Shown here one piece after another: positions 39,713 to 47,678 of a DNA stretch of 64,000 bases. Every line of letters starts with the position of its first letter. Position 1 is the first letter of the stretch. Below the pieces are notes generated by a model, which made no database searches, was not told the origin of the DNA, and was given only the letters and a program-made list of their open reading frames with translations. The translations under genes and the position numbers were made by a program. The stretch comes from Burkholderiales bacterium (GTDB lineage: Bacteria > Pseudomonadota > Gammaproteobacteria > Burkholderiales > SG8-39): NCBI GenBank assembly GCA_035607175.1, contig DATNCP010000075.1, positions 7,774 to 71,773 on the forward strand, written 5' to 3'.

Positions 39713-39996
39713 CGGTAGAAGGCCTCGACCTGCTGCCGGCTGATGGCCGGCAGGTCCTCGGGATCCGAAGACTTGCGCAGTCGCGGCTCGAGCTCCGTCA
39801 GGCGCTTCTCCAGGCGCGAGGTCTTCGGATCCCGGTCGAGGGCGATGAACCGCTTTCGCAGCGCGCGCGTGTCCTTCTTCTCCACTTCGGCGAGCGTGAT
39901 CTCGCGCCGCAAACGCCGCTTTTCGCACTGCACCGGCTCCAGCTTCGAGGTGAGGTCGATGAACTCGCGGGCTTCCGGGCTGAGCGATAGCGCCAT
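39703..39996 (-). CDS. Small charged coiled-coil-like protein (hypothetical, 97 aa)
   Basis: Not separately resolved in the track; it is the C-terminal part of ORF 39703..40365. ATG at 39996. GC3 is consistently high. The last 10 nt overlap the Bug gene ATG. No convincing SD. Confidence 0.45.
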   Translation of the reverse strand: MALSLSPEAREFIDLTSKLEPVQCEKRRLRREITLAEVEKKDTRALRKRFIALDRDPKTSRLEKRLTELEPRLRKSSDPEDLPAISRQQVEAFYRCE

Positions 39997-40013
39997 CAGA
40001 ACGAGAAGCGACT

Positions 40014-41501
40014 TCAAGCGACCTTCATCTTCGCCTTTGGCTCCGGGTACGGGTAGAGCATGTTGAGCGCCACCGACTGGCCGCTTGCCTGCACGAGGCG
40101 CACGTGCTCGCGCTTCAGCTCGCGCGCGTGCCGCACGCCGCAGGAGTGCGCGATCATGTCGATCTCGCGGTTCATGTTGTTGGCGTAGTTCGCCACCCGC
40201 AGGTATTTCTCCTCCACCACGAGCGCGCGCTGCAGCCGCTTGTTGTGGGTGGTCACGCCGGTCGGGCAGGTGTTCTGGTGGCAGCGCAGCGCCTGGATGC
40301 AGCCGAGCGAGAACATGAAGCCGCGCGCGGTGTTGATGAAGTCGGCGCCGACGCACAGCGCCCACGCGGCGCGCGCCGAGGTGACGATCTTGCCCGAGGC
40401 GACCACGCGCACGCGCTGTCGCAGCCCGGTCTCGATCAGCGCGTCGACTACGCGCGGCAACGCCTCGTCGATCGACAGGCCCATGTGGTCGGCGAGCGCC
40501 TGCGGCGCCGCGCCCGAGCCGCCCTCGCCGCCGTCGATGACCAGGAAGTCGGGCGCGAACTCCATGCCGCGGCGGTGGATGATGTCAGCCGCGTCGTTCA
40601 TCAGGCGCCAGCCGCCGACCGCGGTCTTGACGCCGACCGGGCGTCCGGTGAGGTCGCGGATGCGCGCCACCGTCTCCAGCAGCTCGCCCATGTTGGCGAT
40701 GTCGCGGTGGCGGTTGGGGCTGATCGAGTCCCGGCCTTCGGGGATGCCGCGGATCTCGGCGATCTCGGCGGTGACCTTGGCGCCCGGCAGGACGCCGCCC
40801 TTGCCCGGCTTGGCGCCCTGCGACAGCTTGATCTCGAACGCCTTGACTGACTTCGCCAGCTCGACGAGTTTCTCCTCGGACAGGTTTCCCTGCGCATCGC
40901 GCACGCCGTACTTGGCGGTGCCGATCTGCATGATGATGTCGCAGCCGCCTTCGACGTGGTACGGCGAGAGGCCGCCCTCGCCCGTGTCCAGCCAGCAACC
41001 CGCTACCGCCGCGCCGCGCGACAGCGAGCGCACCGCCGGCGCCGAGATCGCGCCGAAGCTCATGCCGCTGATGTTGACGATCGACTTGGCTTCGAAGGGC
41101 TGCTTGCAGTAGCCCTCGCCGAGCGCGAGCGACGGCGTAGGCAGGCGATCCTCGTCGAGCACCGGGAAGGGATGGTTGACGAAGATCAGCGCGCCGGGGT
41201 GGTGCAGGTCGTAGGTCGAGCCGAAGCCGATCACGCCGCCCTCGTTCTTCGCCAGGCGGTATACCCACGAGCGCGTGGCGCGGTTGAACGGCATCTCGTC
41301 GCGGTCGCCGGCGAAGAAGTATTGGCGAAAGTATTCGCCCATCTGCTCGAAGACGTAGCGCAGGCGGCCGACCACCGGATAGTTGCGCAGCACGCTGTGC
41401 TTCTTCTGCGTGATGTCGCGGATGAAAACGAAAGCGAGTACGGCCACCAGCACGATCGCGATCAGCGTGCCGGCGCCGTACGACAGGATATTCGTGAGCA
41501 T
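40014..41501 (-). CDS. FMN-binding glutamate-synthase-family protein (GltB domain-2-like) with N-terminal TM helix
   Basis: 'HSVLRNYPVVGRLRY', 'ISGMSFGA', 'GEGG', 'KLSQGAKPGKGG.LPG' and 'IDGGEGGSGAAP' are typical of this family. Confidence 0.85.
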   Translation of the reverse strand: MLTNILSYGAGTLIAIVLVAVLAFVFIRDITQKKHSVLRNYPVVGRLRYVFEQMGEYFRQYFFAGDRDEMPFNRATRSWVYRLAKNEGGVIGFGSTYDLHHPGALIFVNHPFPVLDEDRLPTPSLALGEGYCKQPFEAKSIVNISGMSFGAISAPAVRSLSRGAAVAGCWLDTGEGGLSPYHVEGGCDIIMQIGTAKYGVRDAQGNLSEEKLVELAKSVKAFEIKLSQGAKPGKGGVLPGAKVTAEIAEIRGIPEGRDSISPNRHRDIANMGELLETVARIRDLTGRPVGVKTAVGGWRLMNDAADIIHRRGMEFAPDFLVIDGGEGGSGAAPQALADHMGLSIDEALPRVVDALIETGLRQRVRVVASGKIVTSARAAWALCVGADFINTARGFMFSLGCIQALRCHQNTCPTGVTTHNKRLQRALVVEEKYLRVANYANNMNREIDMIAHSCGVRHARELKREHVRLVQASGQSVALNMLYPYPEPKAKMKVA

Positions 41502-41510
41502 TGCCCCTCC

Positions 41511-41960
41511 CTAGGGCAATGATACTCCGCGCTGCAACTCGTCCTCGGTGGCCCGGCGAATGGAAAGAATTACACAGGCGAAGCGCAGCGCCATGCCGGC
41601 GAGCGGGTGGTTGGCGTCCAGCACCGCCTTGCCGTCGGCGACCTCGGTGACGGTATAGAGCGTCGCGTCCTCCTCGATCTCCATGCCGACGGCGACGCCT
41701 TCGCCGTAGCGCTCGGCCGGTTCGACGCGCAGCAGCTCGGCGTCGTACTCGCCGAAGGCCTGCTCGGGCTCGAGCTGCACCATCAGCGACTCGCCCGGGC
41801 CTTTGCCTTCGAGCGCCTTTTCGAGCGCTTCGAACATCTGGCCGTAGCCGCCGTGGAGATAGGTCATCGGCGCCGGGGCGGCGATCTGCACGCCCTGCGC
41901 GTCGAGCATCTCGACCTTGAGGGAGACGACGCAGCCGGCGGCGACGACCGGCTGGCTCAG
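41511..41960 (-). CDS. slyD: FKBP-type peptidyl-prolyl isomerase, SlyD-like (start codon unresolved)
   Basis: 'CVVSLKVEMLDAQG ... YLHGGYGQMFEALEKALEGK ... LDANHPLAGMALRFACVILSIRRATEDEL' is colinear with E. coli SlyD. There is no in-frame ATG/GTG/TTG upstream of the first conserved strand. A CTG at 41960 overlaps the bcp stop (CTGA). Confidence 0.7.
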   Translation of the reverse strand: MSQPVVAAGCVVSLKVEMLDAQGVQIAAPAPMTYLHGGYGQMFEALEKALEGKGPGESLMVQLEPEQAFGEYDAELLRVEPAERYGEGVAVGMEIEEDATLYTVTEVADGKAVLDANHPLAGMALRFACVILSIRRATEDELQRGVSLP

Positions 41961-42427
41961 GAGCGGAGCCGCTTCACCACGTCGAAGACTTCCGCCGCGT
42001 GCCCGCGCGGATTGACGCCGTACGCGGCATGGCGGATGACGCCCTTCTTGTCGATGATGAAGGTCGAGCGCACCAGGCACTCGCGGCGCACGCCCTCGGA
42101 CTCCTTTTCCTGGATCACGCCGTACTTGCGGCACACCTCGCCCTCGGGGTCGGAGAGCAAGCCGATGGTGAGGCCGTTGCGGTCGCGGAAATCGGCGTGC
42201 GTCAGGCAATCATCGCGCGACACGCCGAGCACCACGCAGTCGTGCTTGACGAACTGATCCTCGTGGTCGGAGAAATCGGTCGTGACCAGGGTGCAGCCCG
42301 GGGTGCCGTCCTTCGGATAGAAGTACAGGACAACATGCTTCTTGCCCTTGAAGGCCGACAGGTCCACCGGTTGCATGTCGGCGTCGGGGAGCTCGAACGT
42401 CGGCGCGGTTTGTCCGGGTTCCAGCAT
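41957..42427 (-). CDS. bcp: Thiol peroxidase / peroxiredoxin Bcp
   Basis: 'VVLYFYPKDGTPGCT' peroxidatic-Cys motif. 156 aa. Confidence 0.9.
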   Translation of the reverse strand: MLEPGQTAPTFELPDADMQPVDLSAFKGKKHVVLYFYPKDGTPGCTLVTTDFSDHEDQFVKHDCVVLGVSRDDCLTHADFRDRNGLTIGLLSDPEGEVCRKYGVIQEKESEGVRRECLVRSTFIIDKKGVIRHAAYGVNPRGHAAEVFDVVKRLRS

Positions 42428-42510
42428 GTCTCGGCGATTCTATGCCAAATCATTTTTCAAAAGACAAGCGCAAGCGCAGCGGCGCCGTGCGATGTAGCCG
42501 ATGCGCTACA

Positions 42511-42516
42511 TATAAT
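42511..42516 (+). promoter_or_regulatory. Possible -10 hexamer (TATAAT) 7 nt upstream of the roxA-like GTG
   Basis: Perfect 'tataat' in an AT-rich divergent intergenic region. No convincing -35. It would imply a leaderless or near-leaderless transcript. Confidence 0.2.
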
Positions 42517-42523
42517 CGCCGCG

Positions 42524-43534
42524 GTGAATCACAAACTGCTCGGCGGCTTGGCTCCGCGCGCCTTCCTTGCGCGACATTGGCAGAAGCGCCCGCTTTTCGT
42601 GCGGCGCGCAATCGCCGCGCCCGCGCTGATCGACGAGCGAGCGCTCATGGCGCTCGCGCGCCGCGATGATGTCGAATCCCGCATCGTGCAACGCCGCGGC
42701 CGGCGCTGGTCCACCGCGCATGGTCCGTTCGCGAAGACAAAAGCCAGCAAAATCAACTGGAGCATTCTCGTCAACGGCGTGAACCACCACGTCGCCGGCG
42801 CGGACGAATTGCTGCGCCGCTTTTCCTTCGTGCCGCAGGCGCGGCTCGACGACGTCATGGTGAGCTTCGCGACGCCGGGCGGCGGCGTCGGCCCGCACGT
42901 CGATTCCTACGACGTCTTTCTCATCCAGGGGGCCGGCCGGCGCCGCTGGCGGATCGGCAAGCGCGTCTTCGTCGCCGGGCCGGGCGACCTGATCTATGTC
43001 CCGCCTGGCCTGGAGCACGATGGCGTCGCCATCGAGCCGTGCTTCACTTATTCGGTCGGCTTTCGTGCGCCGCGCGGCGCCGAACTCGGCGCGGCCTTCC
43101 TCGACTGGCTGCACGAGCGCGGGCTGCCCGATGCGCGCTACCGGGATCCGGGCCTGCGCCCGGCGGCGAATCCCGGGCGAATTCCCGCCGGCATGCTGCA
43201 GTTTGCAAGCCGCTTCCTGTCCCGGGTCCGCTGGACGCGGCAAGAGGTGGCGCGCTTCCTCGGCGAGTACCTGACGCAGCCCAAGCCGCACGTCGTGTTC
43301 CGCGCCGTGCCATCGAAAGGCGCCTGGCTGCGGCTCGACGCGAAAACGCAGCTCCTCTACAGCGGCGATCGCTTCTTCATCAACGGCGACTCGTTCTCGC
43401 TGCCGGCACGCGACCGGGCACGGATGCGCGAGCTCGCCGATCGGCGCGGCATCGCGGCAAAGCGCCTTGCCTCGCAGTCGAAATTGATCCGAGAATGGCG
43501 CCGGGCGGGCTGGCTGCGCCTGGAAAAGAGCTGA
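42524..43534 (+). CDS. Cupin/JmjC-type 2-oxoglutarate oxygenase (RoxA/YcfD-like ribosomal oxygenase)
   Basis: GTG at 42524. 'FLARHWQKRPL', 'GVGPHVDSYDVFLIQGAGRRRWRI' (HxD) and 'IYVPPGLEHDGVA'. The upstream part of ORF 41999..43534 overlaps bcp antisense and was rejected. Confidence 0.75.
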   Translation: MNHKLLGGLAPRAFLARHWQKRPLFVRRAIAAPALIDERALMALARRDDVESRIVQRRGRRWSTAHGPFAKTKASKINWSILVNGVNHHVAGADELLRRFSFVPQARLDDVMVSFATPGGGVGPHVDSYDVFLIQGAGRRRWRIGKRVFVAGPGDLIYVPPGLEHDGVAIEPCFTYSVGFRAPRGAELGAAFLDWLHERGLPDARYRDPGLRPAANPGRIPAGMLQFASRFLSRVRWTRQEVARFLGEYLTQPKPHVVFRAVPSKGAWLRLDAKTQLLYSGDRFFINGDSFSLPARDRARMRELADRRGIAAKRLASQSKLIREWRRAGWLRLEKS

Positions 43535-44019
43535 TGGACGAACCGATCTACGAGCGCTTCGACACCGCCGACGGCTTCCACGCCGCGGTCGACCGTCTCC
43601 TCGAGCAGCCGGGACGGGAGCTGCGCATCTTCGACCCCGACGCGACCGCGTTGCGCCTGAACGACTCTGCGCGCATCGCTGCTCTCGAACGCTTCCTGCA
43701 AGCGAGCCGCACGCGGCGGCTTTACCTCGTGCTCCACGACACCGAGAATCTGACGCGGCGCTGCCCGCGCATGATGACGCTGCTCGGCCGCTACGCGCAC
43801 GCAATCCAGATCAACCGCACGCACGAGGAAATTCGCGAGATCCAGGATTCCTTCCTGGTTCTGGACGCGCAGCACTATGTGCGCCGGCCGGTGGCGGCGT
43901 TCTTCCGTGGCGCCATGGGCCTGGGCGACGAAACCGAGGGCCTGGCGATGCGCGGCCGCTTCATGGAGATCTGGGGAGCGTCCTTCCCCGGCGTGTCCAG
44001 CACGACCGTCGGTCTCTAG
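43534..44019 (+). CDS. Hypothetical protein (161 aa), start overlaps the roxA-like stop
   Basis: The ATG at 43534 shares its A with the upstream TGA (TGATG). High GC3. No family recognised. Confidence 0.6.
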   Translation: MDEPIYERFDTADGFHAAVDRLLEQPGRELRIFDPDATALRLNDSARIAALERFLQASRTRRLYLVLHDTENLTRRCPRMMTLLGRYAHAIQINRTHEEIREIQDSFLVLDAQHYVRRPVAAFFRGAMGLGDETEGLAMRGRFMEIWGASFPGVSSTTVGL

Positions 44020-44023
44020 CTCC

Positions 44024-44797
44024 CTAGGCCTCGCGCCAGGCGAAGCCCTCGTCCTGGGTGGCGAGGCCGATCCAGCTTTCCTCGCAACCCATCGCGCGCG
44101 CCAGCGCCGCCCGCGCCAGCTCCGGCCGGTTGTTCTGCTGCGACAGGTGCGCGCCGATGACGTGCTTCAGACGCGAGCGGTCGAGCGCGGCGAGCAAGCG
44201 CTCAGACTCGCGGTTGTCGAGGTGGCCGAAGGGTCCGCCGATGCGCTCCTTCAGCCATTTGGGATACGCGCCGGCCCAGAGCATGTCGCGGTCGTAGTTG
44301 CACTCGAGCACCAGCGCGTCGCAGCGCGACAGGCAGTCCTCGACGTGCCTGGTCGAGGTGCCGATGTCGGTCAGCACGCCGAGGCGGCTGGCGCCGTCCG
44401 AGACCACGTACTGCACCGGCTCGCGCGCGTCGTGCGGCACGGTGAACGGATGGACCTGGATGTCGCCCACGGCGAGCGACTGTCGGCCGTCGACCTGGAC
44501 GATGCGCACGCCGTCGATGACTTTCCCCTCCTGGCGCATCGCGCCGAGCGTGCCGTAGGTCAGGTAGACGGTGACGCGATGCGCGGCGGCAAAGTCGAAC
44601 ACGCCGGAGGCGTGATCGCCGTGCTCGTGCGTCACCAGGATGGCGCTGACCTCGCCCGGCGCGACACCCAGGCGCTCGAGCCGGCGCTCGGTGTCGGTCA
44701 GGTTCAGGCCGCAGTCGATCAGCACGTGGGTGCGCCCCACGGCGGCGACGAGGCAGTTCCCCTGGCTGCCGCTCGCGAGCGAAGCGAAGCGAAGCAA
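44024..44797 (-). CDS. MBL-fold metallo-hydrolase
   Basis: 'LASGSQGNCLV', 'VTHEHGDHASG' (HxHxDH). TTG start directly abutting the bamC stop. Confidence 0.8.
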   Translation of the reverse strand: MLRFASLASGSQGNCLVAAVGRTHVLIDCGLNLTDTERRLERLGVAPGEVSAILVTHEHGDHASGVFDFAAAHRVTVYLTYGTLGAMRQEGKVIDGVRIVQVDGRQSLAVGDIQVHPFTVPHDAREPVQYVVSDGASRLGVLTDIGTSTRHVEDCLSRCDALVLECNYDRDMLWAGAYPKWLKERIGGPFGHLDNRESERLLAALDRSRLKHVIGAHLSQQNNRPELARAALARAMGCEESWIGLATQDEGFAWREA

Positions 44798-45922
44798 CTA
44801 CTTCAGCTGCTCGAGGAGCAGCGAGAGGATGCGTCGCGCGGTGCTCGAGCGATCGGCGGCACCGTCCTTGTTGAGGATGGTCACCTCGGTTCCCTGCCCC
44901 ACGCTCTGCAGTTGCACGCGGTACTGCTCGGGCTTGGTCTTGGGACCGGAGCCGAACAGGCGATCGATGAAGCCGCGGTCCTTCAGCGCCATCTCGCTCT
45001 CGGGATCGGCGTAGCGCACGAAGTACAGGCCCTTCTGCCGGTCGCGGTCCTCGACCGTGAAGCCGACCCGGTCGAGCGCGAGGCCGACGCGTCGCCAGGC
45101 GCGATCGAACGGCTCGACCAGCCCCAGCGTGTCGACACCTTCGGCCACCTTCTTCAGCTCGGCCTGCGGCAACGGCGCGCTGCTCGCCATCAACGCCCGC
45201 GCCTTCTCGTCCTGCGCGCCGAGGCGCACCATCAGGCGACGCAGGAACTCGGCCTCGAGATCCGGATCGGCGGGCCGCGGCTGCCAGGCGGTGCCGCCGG
45301 GCGCGTTGCTTTGCGGATCGCGCATCGTCGTGTACACCTCCTGCATGCCGCGGTGGCTGATGTACACCTCGGTGCTCTTGCCGTCGGCGATGCGATCCAG
45401 CCGGGTGCGGAACTTGTCGCGCTCGGAGGTGGAGTAGATCTGGTCGAGGAACGAGCCGAGCAGATAGCGAACGCCGCCCTGCGGGATGTTGGCGCGGTTC
45501 TCCGCCCAGTCGGTTTCCATCACGCCCGCCTCGGGCACCTCGAGCTTCACCAGGAAGCCGTTCTCCTGCCAGAAATCCTTGATCACCGGCCAGAGCTTCT
45601 CCGGCGAATCGTCGACGACCAGCCAGCGCTGGGTGCCGGCGCGCTCGATGCGCAGCTTGTCGAACTCCGGCAGCACCGGGGTCGTCCCCGGATTGCGCTG
45701 GTCGCGCCGCTCCGCCTGGTAGCCCGAGAAGGTCGCGCTGCTCCTGCCGGTCTCGGGAATGACGTAGCGGTTGTCGCGCGCCGGCGAGGTGAGATCGGGC
45801 GGCACTTCGAGCGACGGCAGCGTGACGGTCGACTTGTAGTCGACCTTGCCGGTCAGCGATTCTTCGGTGACGCAGCCAGCGAGAAGCAACGCCGCCGCCG
45901 CGGCGGCCCAACCGCTCCGCAT
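44798..45922 (-). CDS. bamC: Outer-membrane protein assembly factor BamC (NlpB)
   Basis: ATG at 45922. Lipobox 'LLLAGC'. 'LEVPPDLT', 'FWQENGF' and 'METDWAENRA'. The usual dapA-bamC linkage, with a 1-nt TGATG overlap. Confidence 0.85.
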   Translation of the reverse strand: MRSGWAAAAAALLLAGCVTEESLTGKVDYKSTVTLPSLEVPPDLTSPARDNRYVIPETGRSSATFSGYQAERRDQRNPGTTPVLPEFDKLRIERAGTQRWLVVDDSPEKLWPVIKDFWQENGFLVKLEVPEAGVMETDWAENRANIPQGGVRYLLGSFLDQIYSTSERDKFRTRLDRIADGKSTEVYISHRGMQEVYTTMRDPQSNAPGGTAWQPRPADPDLEAEFLRRLMVRLGAQDEKARALMASSAPLPQAELKKVAEGVDTLGLVEPFDRAWRRVGLALDRVGFTVEDRDRQKGLYFVRYADPESEMALKDRGFIDRLFGSGPKTKPEQYRVQLQSVGQGTEVTILNKDGAADRSSTARRILSLLLEQLK

Positions 45923-46830
45923 CAGCCCCGGCCTTCGACGATACGCAGGCCGGTCAGCGCGATGCCGGCTTCGTGAAGCGCCTCGCGCAGCGGCTGGTGG
46001 CAGCGCTCGGAGACCGGCACCATCGGCAGGCGCAGGCCGTACTCGATCAGGCCCATCTCGGCCATCGCCCACTTCACCGGGCTTGGGCTGGTCTCGATGA
46101 ACAGGCGCTGGTGCAGCGGCAGCACCCGGTTGTTGAGCTCGCGCGCCTTCTTCACGTCGCCGACCAGCGCGGCGGCGCACATCTGGTGCATCAGCTTCGG
46201 CGCGACGTTGGCGGTGACCGAGATGACGCCGTGCCCGCCGCACAGGATCAGCGGCAGCGCGGTCGCGTCCTCGCCGCTGTAGATCGCGAAATTGCGCGGC
46301 GCGCGGCGGATGAGATCGGTGCCGCGCTCGAGGTTGGCGGTCGCGTCCTTGATGCCGATGATGCCCGGCACCTGCGCGAGGCGCAGCACCGTGTCGTTCT
46401 GCAGGTCGGCGACCGTCCGTGCCGGCACGTTGTACAGGATCATCGGCAGCTCGACGCTTTCCGCGATCTTGCGGAAATGCTGGTACTGGCCTTCCTGCGT
46501 CGGCTTGTTGTAGTACGGTACGACGGAAAGCTGGGCGGTCGCGCCGTGCTTCTTCGCCGACTCGGCAAGCTCGATCGCTTCCATCGTCGAATTCGCGCCG
46601 GTGCCGGCGATGATCGGAATACGGCCGCGCGCATGCTCGACGGCGATGCGGATCAGCTCCTTGTGCTCGTCGAAATCGACCGTGGGCGACTCGCCGGTGG
46701 TGCCGACCACGACGATGCCGTCGGTCCCCTCGGCGACGTGCCAGTCGATGAGCTTGCGGAAGCGCGGCAGGTCGAGCCCGCCGTCCTTCAGCATGGGTGT
46801 GACGATCGCAACCAGGCTGCCAGTAATCAT
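45922..46830 (-). CDS. dapA: 4-hydroxy-tetrahydrodipicolinate synthase
   Basis: '[10 protein letters not shown]', '[10 protein letters not shown]', 'IAGTGANST', '[12 protein letters not shown]' and 'IIGIKDA'. Confidence 0.95.
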   Translation of the reverse strand: MITGSLVAIVTPMLKDGGLDLPRFRKLIDWHVAEGTDGIVVVGTTGESPTVDFDEHKELIRIAVEHARGRIPIIAGTGANSTMEAIELAESAKKHGATAQLSVVPYYNKPTQEGQYQHFRKIAESVELPMILYNVPARTVADLQNDTVLRLAQVPGIIGIKDATANLERGTDLIRRAPRNFAIYSGEDATALPLILCGGHGVISVTANVAPKLMHQMCAAALVGDVKKARELNNRVLPLHQRLFIETSPSPVKWAMAEMGLIEYGLRLPMVPVSERCHQPLREALHEAGIALTGLRIVEGRG

Positions 46831-46840
46831 GGGCGCGATT

Positions 46841-47329
46841 CTACCCCCTGATCGCGCAAATCCGTTGAGTCATCGCGGGCTTGGGACGGGCGACTTCGCC
46901 CTGTTCGAACGCGAGCACCTTGAGGGAAGAGAAAGCCGCCACTAACTCGTCCTTGCGCAGGAGGAAGTCCGGGTTCGACGGCCGGCCGAAACGCTCGTTG
47001 CCGATCATGAAGGTCTCGTAGATGAGCACTCCGCCCTCGCTCAGCGAGTCCGCGATCGTCCTGAAGAGCGGGCGGTGCAGATAATTGGTAACGACGATCG
47101 CGCCGAAGCGTTGACCCGCGAACGGCCACGGGGTTCCGTTCTCGAGGTCGGCGTGCACGAACCTGACGCCCGGGATCTCTTGCCGCTCGCGGTCGACGGC
47201 GACGACCTCCAGCCCGCGCGCGGCGAAGAAGCGCGCGTGGCGGCCGGCACCGCTCGCGACGTCGAGCACCGGGCCGCGCGTCACGGACGGCGCCCAGCGA
47301 ACGACCCAGTCAGACGGCGATTCGGGCAC
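46841..47329 (-). CDS. Class I SAM-dependent methyltransferase (small, TehB-like)
   Basis: '[19 protein letters not shown]' motif I. 162 aa. Confidence 0.75.
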   Translation of the reverse strand: MPESPSDWVVRWAPSVTRGPVLDVASGAGRHARFFAARGLEVVAVDRERQEIPGVRFVHADLENGTPWPFAGQRFGAIVVTNYLHRPLFRTIADSLSEGGVLIYETFMIGNERFGRPSNPDFLLRKDELVAAFSSLKVLAFEQGEVARPKPAMTQRICAIRG

Positions 47330-47678
47330 CGTGCTCGACCAGGAGCCGGCGGAGGATCGAGCGATGACAGCGCTTCTCGTCCTCGCAGTAGCAGCCGACG
47401 GAGAAATTGCCGGTCCGGGAGAGCGCGGCGAGCGCCTGGAGCAAATGCTCGCGCTTGCGCATCTCCTGGCGGTAGAGCCTCGCGAAACGCTTCCAGTCGG
47501 CCAAGGCGGTCTTGATCAGCTCGGCGCTCGGCGAGAGCTCCGGCAGCCAGACGCCGTAGTAGTCGCGCTTCGCGTAGTCCTGCTTCCTTACGCCGCGCGG
47601 CGGACGCCGCACGGTACCAAGGCGCGGCCCCTCAGCTTTTCCGCGCGGGCTGCCCAGGCGAACTACGGAGATCGTCAT
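47310..47678 (-). CDS. DUF488 (YeaO-like) protein
   Basis: ATG at 47678. 'PPRGVRKQDY...WLPELSPSAELIK' and 'GCYCEDEKRCHRSIL'. Confidence 0.75.
   Translation of the reverse strand: MTISVVRLGSPRGKAEGPRLGTVRRPPRGVRKQDYAKRDYYGVWLPELSPSAELIKTALADWKRFARLYRQEMRKREHLLQALAALSRTGNFSVGCYCEDEKRCHRSILRRLLVEHGARIAV

Noticed and set aside
44781-44795. (GAAGC)x3 pentanucleotide run at the 5' end of the MBL-hydrolase gene: possible slipped-strand phase-variation tract
   Set aside because: Only three full units, too short for appreciable slippage. It is explained by the Leu-Arg-Phe-Ala-Ser-Leu codons.
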